64,000 nt of DNA from Styela clava (taxonomy: Eukaryota). Shown piece by piece: positions 1-12,400 of this stretch. Every line of letters begins with the position of its first letter. Position 1 is the stretch's first letter. The stretch is taken from assembly GCF_964204865.1 (NCBI RefSeq), contig NC_135260.1, positions 15,834,478 through 15,898,477 on the forward strand, read 5' to 3'. The position numbers and the translations under genes were made by a program. The notes below the pieces were generated by a model. That model had not been told where the DNA came from and made no database searches. It worked only from the letters and a program-made list of their open reading frames with translations.

Positions 1-617
1 ATAAAAGTTCCTTCCGAAAATCTATCAGTCAATCCGATAAACACCTTTGTTTCTCCGATTCTCCTAAACGGTCAATATTTTGTTTTGAAAATGTGCAAAA
101 CTTCTGAATTATCTCAAATTACCAGAGTACCATATTCTAACTACTCAGAATGTCCTTGTTTATTAAGTGATAATTGGATTACTGAACTTCGTGAACAGCT
201 CCATGAAGAGATTGTTGTGTTGAAATTTGTCAACTACGCCTTGCATTTGAGTGTTAAAATATTTGGTTATCTTTAAACCTAAATCGGAGTTTACGAACCA
301 TGGTTCAAAATAGTATACCATCTCGCAATAAAAATAGAAAAACAAGCTTTTGTTCATGACCCAATATTACAGTCCATACAAATCATAAGTTTCACTGTCG
401 TGTCTGAGAATAGAACCGTTTTGGCTATAGAGATTTCTAAAAGTCTAAAATTCGCTGTTGGTATAATCGGTTTTCTTATTTCTTGAGTTTCGTGGTATTT
501 TACTTTTTTCTCAACTAACCTTATTAATAATCAATAATTGATTTTGTTCAACAGGAAATGAAAAAAGGAATACACGAAGGGAAAGCTAGCACCAAAATTG
601 TTTACTCACGATAAAAC

Positions 618-2013
618 AACCGGATCTCTTATTCCGTACATAGCAAGATGGCCTCCAAACTCACGGCATTCTTTCATTGTGTCGTCATAGTTAGCTCGTG
701 TTTTAGTTTTGAAATATTGATACCCATTTCCGCCATTCGTCCATCCTGGTCTTATGAGACCTACAAAAAAGCAACAATACTCATTACTATCAAATATTTA
801 TTCAATATAGACCAATATTATGGTAAACGACAGACTTTTGTTTGGAAATTCAGTTTTAGCGATGAATATTAGAATCGTGGATCAATCACCCTAAACAAGT
901 TACAAACCCATTAATCCATGCAAAAATAATTAGCGGTGTACTGGCAAAGCGTATTCTCCAGACGTTAAACGTTAAACGTCTTTCTTTCAATTGAGTTATT
1001 TATTATGAAATATATAAATTTGAAAAATTCAATTAAATATTTCAATTGAAATGAACAAAAACAGTGCTCTACAAACAATCAAATTTGTCTTTTCTAAAAC
1101 AAGAAAATCATATTCTCTCACACAGATCACAATCGTCGCCAGTTTTGTCAGCTGGACATTCACAAACAAAATTATCCGGTGTTTTATGACAAGTTCCAGC
1201 GCAGTTTGGACAATCTTGACAATTTAGAGCTCCGACAGCCACATCTGTTAAGTACAAATAGTATACACAATATGACTAATCAACACTTTTCAAGCGACAC
1301 TAATTCCCCTTTTTTTAATATGCGCTTGATTAGAGGCATTTCAGAATTCACTGAAAAGCACGATAGTATAATTATATTATGAGTGTATTTCAAAGTCCCA
1401 ATTTAACAATAATAAGATGACTTTAATTAAAGAAAAATGTTGGGGTTGTGTTGTGACCAAAAAATGATTGTCTCAAAAAGCTCACACTACGAATAACTGA
1501 TCGGAATAAAGAATTTCACATACAAAATGATTGACAAATTCCAACATTTGGTAGTTAATACAAACCAAATAGAGAATAACCCTCAGAAAAGAAATGAGAC
1601 AGAGCGTCTTAAAAGATGCTTCTCTGACCTTTGACACGAGAAAAAATCATTCTAAATGTTGCCAAATTTTGTCATTGCAAATGTGAGTCTAAGTAAAAGT
1701 TTGTGCGAAAGCTAAAAATTATGATCGCTATCTCATGTTGTTACAGGAGCAAACGAGGAAGTTTATGATGTGGAAACATGCCTACCCACAACAGGTGACG
1801 TACATCTACCAGTCCAAAGTATGCATAGTTAACTGATTGAACGTTCCACATCCAGGAATACATTTGACCACGTCCTTTTTTTTTCTTCTCACGTTGAGTC
1901 CTTTTTCATGCATTAATTTATAACACATATAATTGTTCGGAAAGAATCAAGTAAACTACAGACTTACCCAGAAATCCGCAAACAAAAATGAAGAGAAACG
2001 GCATGGGTGTCAT
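618..2013 (-). CDS. 5' portion of a secreted EGF/C-type-lectin-domain protein gene (paralog A of the gene at 6491-14545); the gene continues leftward out of the window
   Basis: Minus-strand exon 1 (1968-2013) is ATG + MTPMPFLFIFVCGFL, a signal peptide, with donor gtaagt in phase 1. Exon 2 (1122-1244) encodes VAVGALNCQDCPNCAGTCHKTPDNFVCECPADKTGDDCDLC with donor gtgaga. Exon 3 (618-760) encodes CLIRPGWTNGGNGYQYFKTKTRANYDDTMKECREFGGHLAMYGIRDP(V), the start of a CTLD. Exon lengths are 46/123/143 nt and phases are identical to exons 1-3 of gene B, and the protein segments align with it. A diverged candidate exon 4 lies around 395-490. Confidence 0.55.
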
Positions 2014-2703
2014 ACCGTGTGAAATTTGTTTCGTTGCCGCCAAGCTGGTGAATGCCAATAACAAACCAATACTCTGGTACAATTTAACTAAGAGTTAGGT
2101 CTCCTACAATGGAAAATGAGCTGATTTTCAATAATATTCGAATCAAATTACCCGGAAACTAAGTCATGTAAGATTTCAAGATATATCGTTCAAGTGTTGC
2201 ATCTGTTATATATGGTCCTTGCATAAATTGATTCAACAGTAAAATATTATATATTCAATAGCAATAGAACCAGTTGATGCCAGTATGTAAAATCATAGGA
2301 AACAAGTCTTACAATTATCCAATTCCGTTCTTTATCAGGACGAGCAGCATTTCCTTTTTGTGGAATTATTTCCTGCGATTATTGAATCACTCTTTCAGGT
2401 AACAAGGATGTGTCACATCAAACATAATAGCTACGCATAAAATCTTTCTCGAAATCTATGGTTACATATCATAGATTAAACAAAATATGTATTACTTGGA
2501 AGCTTTTTAACGCATCTCCTTCTGTGCTTAATTAATTTATATGGGTGCTCATTGTATGTATCCCCTATCTTTCTTTCTTCAATTAAACAAGCATATTAAC
2601 TAGTTATTTAACCTCAATTCATGTGATTTAATACGGGTATTGTCAATCTTCTTTTTACATCCGATTTTGTTTGGAATTGAAGAGGGGTGTTTCCTCTCCT
2701 GAC

Positions 2704-4439
2704 TAGGCTTGCACGTAATTGACAAAAATCAATTCCGTAATTACGGCCAAATCGATTACGTAATGACCCCGTAATTGCGATATTTTTTCACACATTTAAA
2801 CCTATCATAACAACCAATTGAATCCACTTCATTTTCGATTGGGACATCGAGTTTGGGTTTTCATATTCCTGGCAGTACTACACGCCGGTGACAGATGTTA
2901 AGACAAGAGTGAATTCAAATTAATTTTATTCTGGTTGTTATCTTTTGTGCTAGCTTTGATTTCCTTTATCACCTTCGCAAATTAACCGTCCCAATTTTAT
3001 GCGATCAATTTTATCATTACCGACACTGGTATACGGATATTTATGCAACGATAGTTGACTTTTTTAAAATGGTATTCAAAAAAATGTCGGGTTTCCAATT
3101 TATCAATGCCATGACGAGCGTATTCTCTCGTTTGATTATACTTGCTCTTGCCTCGCGACGAAGACTTGTTATTGCACCGTTTTCAACATTATTCGACTTT
3201 ACTACCTAGTCAGCATTTTATAATAATTATTGATGCCGACTTATTGACGTTATTCCGATTACCATGCTTCATTTTACATTAAATCCTGTCGCGGCCTAAA
3301 TGTTGTAACATTATTTGCAACAAATTTAGATCAAATATTAATTATTTGCGCATAATTTAAATACCGTACTTATATGATATGGCTTTTCCGAAAATACAAA
3401 TTTCTATCGCAAAAAAATGCATATTGTGACATTTATTTTGCACGCACGAAAAAATTAACTTATTTTTCTAACTCAAGTCGACGATCCTATCGGCCAAGAT
3501 TGACACAAATTTGGTCGAGTGTCTGTGGTTTTCAAGAATCAAAATAAGTTGCCGCAATTGGTAAAGACAGGTAATCATATTTGGCCGAAATATTGCGAGG
3601 CATTGTGGAAAATATATTGAGCAAGGACAAGTCCGGACTGATATAAAACGATAAAACCGGTAACAGAACATCAAGGTTTTGTAATTGAAAATGGTTCTCG
3701 CACAGAATAAACACACTGGCTCATACTTGATATTTGATAGTAGTTAAATTGAGAATATTGAACTGTTAAAAACAACGATCGTCGAAATTCTTAAATCTCG
3801 TTGCCTTGGTTTAATATAATCCAATGATCAGGACATTTTCAATTAAATACTGCATAAAGATAGTTATACATTAAACATTTAGGCTATAATTTAGCTTTTT
3901 TTTTAATTTCAATCATTGTGGTGGAGAAATCCCACTATTTAAATACGGTAACTATAAAAATAGAATAGGATTCTGGATTCGATTTAAGTATTCTAAAACA
4001 GTGCTTCCCAACCGCCGGTCCGCGGACCGTCAACGGTCCGCAAAGGATTTTTACCGGATCGCGGGAAATCCCGTCATATTGTTGTTTCTCTGCCATCTCA
4101 ATCGCTTTACCGATGCCGAAAAGACGAAGTTGCGTTGGTTCATTACGCAATTTCTCTTCCGTCGTCATATTGCTGTTTGATAAGCGCGACATTAATTATC
4201 ACGGTGACGTATTGGCAAGAGAGAGAAAAGTGAGAAAAACGGCTGCAAATACCGAAGCTTTAACTTCTTTTTAAACTTTCACTTTTTACAATCGACGGAA
4301 TTGACTGCTTTGAAGAGAGCTCGTTTCAATCGCGAAAGCGCTCGACCAATAATTACGACTTTACGTAATTCGTAACTTCCCTTCCGTAACTCGAAATAAT
4401 TCCGTAATTCCGTAAATCTGTAAATTACGTGCAAGCCTA
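2704..4439. mobile_element. Non-autonomous hAT-type element (about 1.7 kb) with a perfect 8-bp TSD
   Basis: TIR TAGGCTTGCACGTAATT at 2704-2720 and reverse-complemented at 4423-4439. An identical 8-bp direct duplication CTCCTGAC flanks it at 2696-2703 and 4440-4447. Subterminal ccgtaatt repeats. The interior (2960-3540) shares modules with the hAT-B element at 41280-42700. No long ORF. Confidence 0.75.
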
Positions 4440-5149
4440 CTCCTGACTGATTTGGGTGGCTAATAACACTCGATGCATGAAATAACCATATCGGCATAAT
4501 CTTTGTATTGTTAGTGAATAAGGTAGTAACCCTCGGCCATGACGTCCATGCTGTGAGCTGTACGCAAACAATAATTTTGCATACCCAGCAGCCTATTGTC
4601 TAAATTCCAACAAAGGTTTGTTAAATGGCAGAAGTGGCTTTCGAACCAAAAAAAAGAATAAAGCGGTTGATCAATTAATCTATCGATGGCGTTAAAATCT
4701 TGCGTTCTCTATTACAAACCTATAACGCTTTTATTTATTTTTTTTGCTGCTATTTTTATGTTTAAACGGGATGTAAATCTCTATTTCCGAGTCTAATCTT
4801 CCTACAAAATTTTTGACGCAAGAATGTATTTTCATCATTATTGATTGAAACTCGTTGCCGAAAGGTCGATAAATCTTATCATTTTAGTGATTGATGAAGA
4901 ATAAATTCATTACTGAGCATTTTTGTCATTGCTAAAATTTTTTTTTTTATATAATAAAAGGTTGGTTAGTTTGCCTTGCCATTCAAAGATCTCAGTCGCA
5001 AGCCCCCACATTGCCTAAGTTTAACCGTAAGCCTGAAAAAAATCCGTTTCAGGTGGAGGTAAGAGATACAGCATAAATGGTTTAATAATTATACTACAGT
5101 GCAGAAAAATTTACCGTTCTGAAGTAAAATTTGTGCACCCTTATTTAAC

Positions 5150-6035
5150 TAGTTACTTATCGATCTCGATCGGTAAGTATGTTGATCGGTATTTGTCTGT
5201 TTGTTACTTATCGATTTTAATCGACAAGTATGTTGATAGGTATTTGTCTGTTTGTTTGTCTGTCTGTCTGTTAGATGCACGCGATATCTAACGAAAGCGA
5301 GATTGAATCTGCTCCATATTTTGCATGTGCATTGATCATATGTTGGACCAGAAGCCCATTGATTTTGGATAAATTATGTCGTATAGTTAGCGAGTTATTA
5401 ATTAATTAGTGATGGGGCACAAGGTGTCACTATGGAGTAAGAGCGCTGTTTTGGGGGATCTCCTAACTTTCGATCGATAAGTCTTCGGTCTCTGACCGAT
5501 ATTCTCGTTTGTTACTTATAGATCTTGATCGGTAAGTATGTTGATAGGTATTTGTGTGTTTGTCTGCTAGTTACACGCGATATCTCACGAAAGCGAGGCT
5601 GAATCCGCTCCAAATTTTGCATGTGCATTCATCATATCTCGGATCAGAAGACTATTGATTTCGGATGAATTATGATGTATAATTAGCGAGTTATTAATTA
5701 ATTAGTGATGGTACACGCGGTGTCACTATTGAGTCAGAGCGAAAATATACGCCGCTAGATCGATAAGTCGGCGATCTCTGATCGCTATCTCGTTCGTATG
5801 TTACGCGATATCTCACGAAAGCGAGGTTGAATCGGTTCCAAATTTTGCATGTGCATTGATCATATCTCGGACCAGAAGCCTATTGCTTTTAGATGAATTA
5901 TGTCGTTTAATTAGTGAGTTATTAATTAATTAGTGATGGGGAACGCGGTGTTGCTTTTGAGTCAGAGCGAAGGAATCGAAACTGTAGATCGATAGGTCGG
6001 CGGTCTCCGATCGCTATCTAGTTTTATACTTGGGC
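5150..6035. repeat. Satellite-like tandem array, three copies of a 230-360 bp unit
   Basis: Unit starts recur at 5281, 5577 and 5806 (cgcgatatct(a/c)acgaaagcgagg.tgaatc.gctccaaattttgcatgtgcattgatcatatctcgg...ttaattaattagtgatgg..cacgcggtgtcactat.gagtcagagcg...gatcgataagtcggcg.tctc.gatcgctatct), about 85-90% identical, with variable internal deletions. Confidence 0.8.
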
Positions 6036-6490
6036 AATAGTTTTCTTTTCACAATATACCATTATATTTTTAATTTTTACAAAAAATTTCCTGTTGCTGT
6101 TTCCTGTCCACGATGTATGACGAATCATATTATATTTCTTCGAAATTTTTTACGTTCCAGTTAAAATGATTCATTATTTATAATTATTTTGATCTAAATA
6201 AGATTTCGAGTGCGTTGTAGAAAGAAGAAGGTGATCTTTAATTTATATCTTACGATCACCATCCTACATGTTTTTGTGACAAATTTGGCCAATAATTCGG
6301 AACGCTTTTATCGTAAGTTTTATTTATACCCCATACTTAATTGACAGAAGAATGAAATGGTGAATAAATATATAATTTTCAGCAGTGTTTTGTTAAAGTA
6401 TGTATATCCTGTCCGGCGTAAACTGCAATTAGGTTCAGCGTTACTCGTTATACAAGATCTTATATTTTTGCACTGAGGACGTTGATAATC

Positions 6491-9400
6491 ATGCAAGAAA
6501 AATTCGTCGTACTGCTGCTTTTTATTATTCTACGCGGTAAGTAACCAAGTAATAGTGAGTTAATCGCTTGCCAAATATCTGCAGAAGAAACGATTTTTTA
6601 AAATAGTTGAGTGTTTTATTATTTTTGTCCATATGCTTTTTACGTAGTAATGATGGCCCAGCTGCAATGTGGTGGAGCCTGTCCCGATTGTATTGGAACT
6701 TGCCATAATACTCCCAATGGAGAGATCTGCGAATGCGATGCCGACAAAACTGGAGATAACTGCGATTTGTGTAAGTAACCTTAATTAGAAAATTAAATTA
6801 AAAGTTTATCAGTAAACGCATTTTTATTTTTAATTTTGATGGATATCAGAAAAGCCCATGGTATTTCTAATAATATTGAAAAAGGAGTTTTTTTTTTATC
6901 TGTAAGTTGCTGAATAGTGTCCGAGCAGCAAAGAGAACTTAGTTAGAAATAGTCGGGTCGTATTTAATCCTTTAAATTACCTATTTTTTATAAAGTCAAT
7001 TTATCTTCAGTATTGGTGTAGTCTTACACTTGGTGCAATATATACTAGATTCTTCCGTAAAATCCGACACTGTCAAATCTGTACTATTCAAAAAGTTTTC
7101 CAATTTGCATAGAAACAAACACTCTTATACAACAAAGATACCAATAATACGTAGCATAATCTTCAAACTTTGATATACATTTGCATTGGAGGTTTAATAA
7201 GGACCGGTTGGTATGATGGCGGAAACGGATACCAGTATGCCAAGACAGACACTCGGTCGAATTATATTGGCACAGAGAAACAGTGCGAAAACTTTGGAGG
7301 TCATCTAGCGTTTCGTGGAATGCGGGATCCAAAAGTATATAAGTAAATATCATAAATGAATTTTTTTATTATTATTCGTGGTATAGCGTGACAGGTTTAT
7401 CCCCTAGGACTCAAGTGTGTGGTGCGACAGAGCTTCCTTAAAGTTGTGAACTGTCTGATAAAAACGAGTAGGCTAAATGCTTTTTCATGTTTATATATTA
7501 TGATCTTTAGTTAAAAACCTCCACTTCAGGCTAGATTAAAGATTGAATCTTGAAGAATATTTTTGAAATGAGTGTCTTGTCGCATCTAAAAGTAGAGTCC
7601 CACCCAAAATTTAAACTCCCAAAACCAAACTGGCTTTAGCGTGTTAGGACTATTTACTAAAAATGGTGGTAGACAGCAACGTATCAGGATGACTAAAGCC
7701 TGAAAGGTTCCTTACAAATCGTAGTTGTTGATACAACATAATTAATCATTTCAGTGAGATCATGAGAAGGTTTCCCAACTCATACATCGGTCTCAGAGCC
7801 AAAACAATTGATGGACTATTTGCATGGACTGATGGAGTAAGCTTTATCTATTATATATATTTACAAAAGCTGGTTTGACTTTTTTGCTGATTTGTATTTT
7901 CATTAAAAAAACGTCGGAGTAACTACTGGTATTACCACGAAATCTAATTAAACAAAAATCAGTATGATTGTATATACAAACCCAGAAAATCCGTCAAATT
8001 CTGTTTACGTCTGAGCACTACGAATTTGCCTGTTAATTGGTGGCATGACGACGGACGCTTGTTGCAATCGCCGATGTGGTGATTAAAAATCGGCAAACAA
8101 ACTGTGAATAGGCTTCAGTAGTAATAAATTTGAATTACTCTATGCTGGCCACACCTTGGTTTATTCTCAGATATCCCGATTTTTCTACATTCAAAGTAAT
8201 ATTACAGTATTTTGCAGGAAAGTTATGATCGCACTTTTACACCATGGATGGCGGGATATCCGCAGTCAATAAAAGATCATGATTGTGGTTTTATCCAATC
8301 TTCATCAGATGGAGTCCGGATACGAAATTATCCCTGTTCTATCATTGAGCATGGATTATGCGAAGTGCCGATTGGTTTGTTAACATTTGATATATTATAT
8401 ATATATATTTGTAATTCTAATAGCGTGTATGGTGGTATAATTTAGGAAACTACTAGCAAAGAAGATGTTGAGTATCAGTGTCCATTATCCCCTTACTTCT
8501 CTGTTCCACAGTAATTTTACGTCTCGGGCCTTTAATAACTACTGCCAGATGAATTAATAAAAGTTCAGCATCTTCATTTCTTTTGTTTCCAGGATTTCCA
8601 GCTCCAGTATTGAAATTTGATCCAAAAAATTTCTGTCAGTACTCCATCATTCCACATGCATTCCATGATGTTAGCGAACGACTTTGTGAAGAGCAAGGAG
8701 GACAATTAGCAACAAAAATAGTCAATGGCATCGATGGAAATCGTTTGAAGTAAAAAAAAAACTTATTTTCTTCTGCTTATTCTTAATGATAAACTTAAAA
8801 ACTAAATTTAAGATCCAATACAAAGCTTCAACAAAATGCTTTCAGTGTCTAATAATACAAGACGTTAAAAATTTCGAGAAATAAGATTTCGTTCTGTTCG
8901 AAACTTTTGCAAAAGCGTGTAATAAGTTTATCGCACTCCACAATTGTATCGATGTGGAATGCCATAACAAGCGTTTCTCGAACTTTTTTGCCCCGGAACA
9001 CCTACACTTTTTATCTCGCCTCGCGGAACACCAAGAAATTGGAAGGTAAAATTGATAAAAAAAAAAATGGATTTACTTTGTGCCTCAACCTGCACAACCG
9101 TCTTATCACGACATTTTTTGAGGCTTCCAGTTTTCAGCCAACAATTCGTTGAGAAGGATGGTTAACCAGAAAATTTAGCCTATGTTAAAATTAAAACGTT
9201 TCCTGTAAACTTGACAACTAAAAAATAAGGCCGACGGTTAACGATATCGAAACGTCATGATTTACCGACTGGCACGAGGCCTGTCAGCCTGTATGTCCAT
9301 CGCCAGTTGGGAGACAAACTTACGGCCCAGAGGCGCCGAAGTATGGACGAGATCGCCATGGCGATCAATTTAGTCGCAATTTCGTTCTCTGTCCCGCGGA

Positions 9401-12400
9401 ACACTCTAGAGAAGCTCGCGAAACAGCAGCGTTTCGCGGAACACAGTTTGAAATAAAAACAATAGTTGCCAAAAAGAAATAGATTTGACAGTTTATATAT
9501 TTGGGAAAAATAATCGATTTTTTACTATCATATTCGAGAATATCTTTGGTTCACTTACTTCAGCACGCAAATTATCAGTTCATATATATTTGTTCACCAG
9601 TACATTCTTACACTGAAGTTGTTATTTGATCAATGTTTGTATTTAGAAAAGTTATGACTTACTTTCATAATCTTGGTTATGGACTAGAATTGGGTGTTCA
9701 CGTCGGTTTCAGCAAAGATATATCAACATCGAAATTTCGATCTGACGGCGTGAGTATGAACTTTTAAAAAATTTCTCGACAGTAGGCTACTTCCATTTTT
9801 ATTTTCAACTACCGGAAATAGAGTCTCGTTAATACACTAATAAAAACAATCAAGATTAGTTTGGTAGTTCAGACATAGATGTTTCCATCTCGATTATTGA
9901 ATTGGTAGAAAGATATTCTTTGTTTTCTCAACCGTTACAGGGGAGAAATAGACAAAAGCTAAATTAACCAATAATATGTTGGGTATTTTGATGTTACCCG
10001 ATATCAGTTGTGTAATTTTTTTACAACACTCACAGTTGAATTTAACAACTTAGTTCTGCGTTTCGTAATCTTTTCTTTCCATTCTCCTTTTTTGGTTCTA
10101 TTTGCTCCAATCATTATATATCCATATTACTCCAAGCCAAACGTGACTGTATTGGTGAGCCACAAACTTATGAAATTGAATTTTAAGACGATTTTATCAG
10201 TTCCGAATTCTGCTGCTGAATGGAAACCTGGGAGTCCGAGTGAAAACACTCAAGAATTTCTGATTGCATTGATAACTCCAGATTGGTTTGATTACGCATG
10301 GATGGATGATAGCGATGGTTCTGAATTGTTACCTGGTTTGTGTGAATTTTGTGATGGCGCTGGTGAAACCTCAATAAATCGTACGTATTTATGATGAACT
10401 TATTTGTCATTGTATTATCTGATACTAATATTGGTCCTATTAATTATGCTGTTGAATAACCAACGACTATGTCATTTGGAAGTTCATTCTAGTGACTTTT
10501 CAGTCCTGCTTCCAGTACCAAATAAAGTAACTTCTCTGGTGGTCTATCGTGTTTATTCAAAAACCTAAACCACCATTTTTTCGCACAGAAAAATCATGTC
10601 GAAGTGGGAAGGTGTGCCCCGATCATAACATCTGTGTCGTAAATGAAGGAAGCTGTTTTGAAAAATGCATTTGTGCGGATGGGTATGCTTTGGTTCCGGG
10701 AAGTGAAGCAATCTGCGCTAGTGAGTGAGACAGTTATTGCTAGAATTAAATACTGGACACAAATTACTGATCTCCTGATTTAATTTATATTTCTGATGCA
10801 TCGCACTATAGAAAAATTTTGATTCAATAAATAAGATAAAGTTGTACATCCACTGATGCTGAAATATTTAAAACTTTATTCGAACAATTCAATAAAAACA
10901 GTTAGAAAATATTACAATGAAATATCCCTAATGATCGTCATTTACGTGTTCATATGCCGAATCGTATATTCAATTTACACTTCGCAGAAGACGTGTGCGC
11001 TGGACGTGATTGTGGTGATAACGCTGTGTGCTTTGTTGATAGCACTGGGTCTGTAGAATGCAAGTGCCAAAGAGGATATGTGCCCGTAGGAACAGATGCA
11101 GAGGGATGTACTGGTAAATATCTTGTATTCCAGAAATTTAGTTAAACATGCTCTGGAATTGTTTGAATGCTGCACTCCGTATAATAAATAACGGCTCTAT
11201 AAACATTACCGTTTTCGTAGCAAAATAAGGTGGGACAAGAAAATGGTGGGAAGTCTAATAAATGTGGAAATTGACTATATAAGTTCATAATAATTTTATA
11301 ATAGTTAAAGGCGTAAATGGTGGCATATTTCCCGATCAGCATCAAAAAGCTCATACTGTATGTATATCAACACATAAACTAGATAGCGATTGGAGACCGC
11401 CGACTTGTCGATCTTGCGGTTTCGATTCCTTCGACCTGACTCAATAGCAACACCGCGTGTCCCATCACCAATTAATTGGAGCAGATTCAACCTCGCTTTC
11501 GTGAGACATCGCGTAACATACGAAAGTGAAACAAACAAACAAACAAATACCTGTCAACATACTTACCGATCGAGATCGATAAGTCACAAACGCATATCAG
11601 CAGTCCGTTTTCAAACTAAATTTAAATTTCAACAATCACAGGTCCGTGTAATGGAATTACTTGTGGCACAGCAGCTAGTTGTGTGATTACCTATGAAAGT
11701 GGAGCTCCAACTGGAAGATGCGTTTGCAATGAAAACTACATACGGGATCTTAGAGTTGACGATGGATGTATACGTATGTCCCTTACAATACTGTATTTTG
11801 TGATTGGGAACTTAATATCACACATTTCAAATATGTCGAACGTGAAAATACAAAGGAATGACAGCAAATGTTTACCCTATGGTCCTCTATCTGCGTGTCC
11901 TGCCTGTACTATTGAGCGTATGTTAGCGGAGTATAACCCAAACCTGACTCATGATAGGTCAATAACCACACAATAGATTCTGATGCCAATGTAAAGTTGC
12001 ACAATCGAATGGTATGTAATGAAACCAAATTTCTAACTATTAAGAACGATATGACAAAAGACAAGTAACACTTTAGCGAGGGAAAATACGTCATCAACTC
12101 TTTTGCATAAAACGCTGCATGAAAATCCCATAAACGGAAATGAAATCAACCTTGTTTTAGGCAAATTACTCGCTACAATTCAGCTTTGACATGATTCTGA
12201 ACATTTCTTTTTTTTAGGTATTGGCTGGAAATGCTTAGGTTTGAGGTCATCAATTTCCCTATTATGAAAGTTATTTTTACATTAGCTCTATTCGTGAACG
12301 ATTCACTGGTAAACAGCCCTTTTTTATGTTTTTATCAATCCTCCCTTCAAACGAACCAGTTGAAAAATGAAATCCCCCTTTTGTATATATAACTCCAGCG

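Noticed and set aside
10008-10394. 128-aa ORF taken as a single CDS
   Set aside because: Only the C-terminal part (from 10188) is coding: CTLD exon 8 of gene B, entered through a ttttaag acceptor in the right phase. The N-terminal 60 codons are intronic and low-complexity. The downstream donor C|gtacgt at 10389 is used rather than the stop at 10392.
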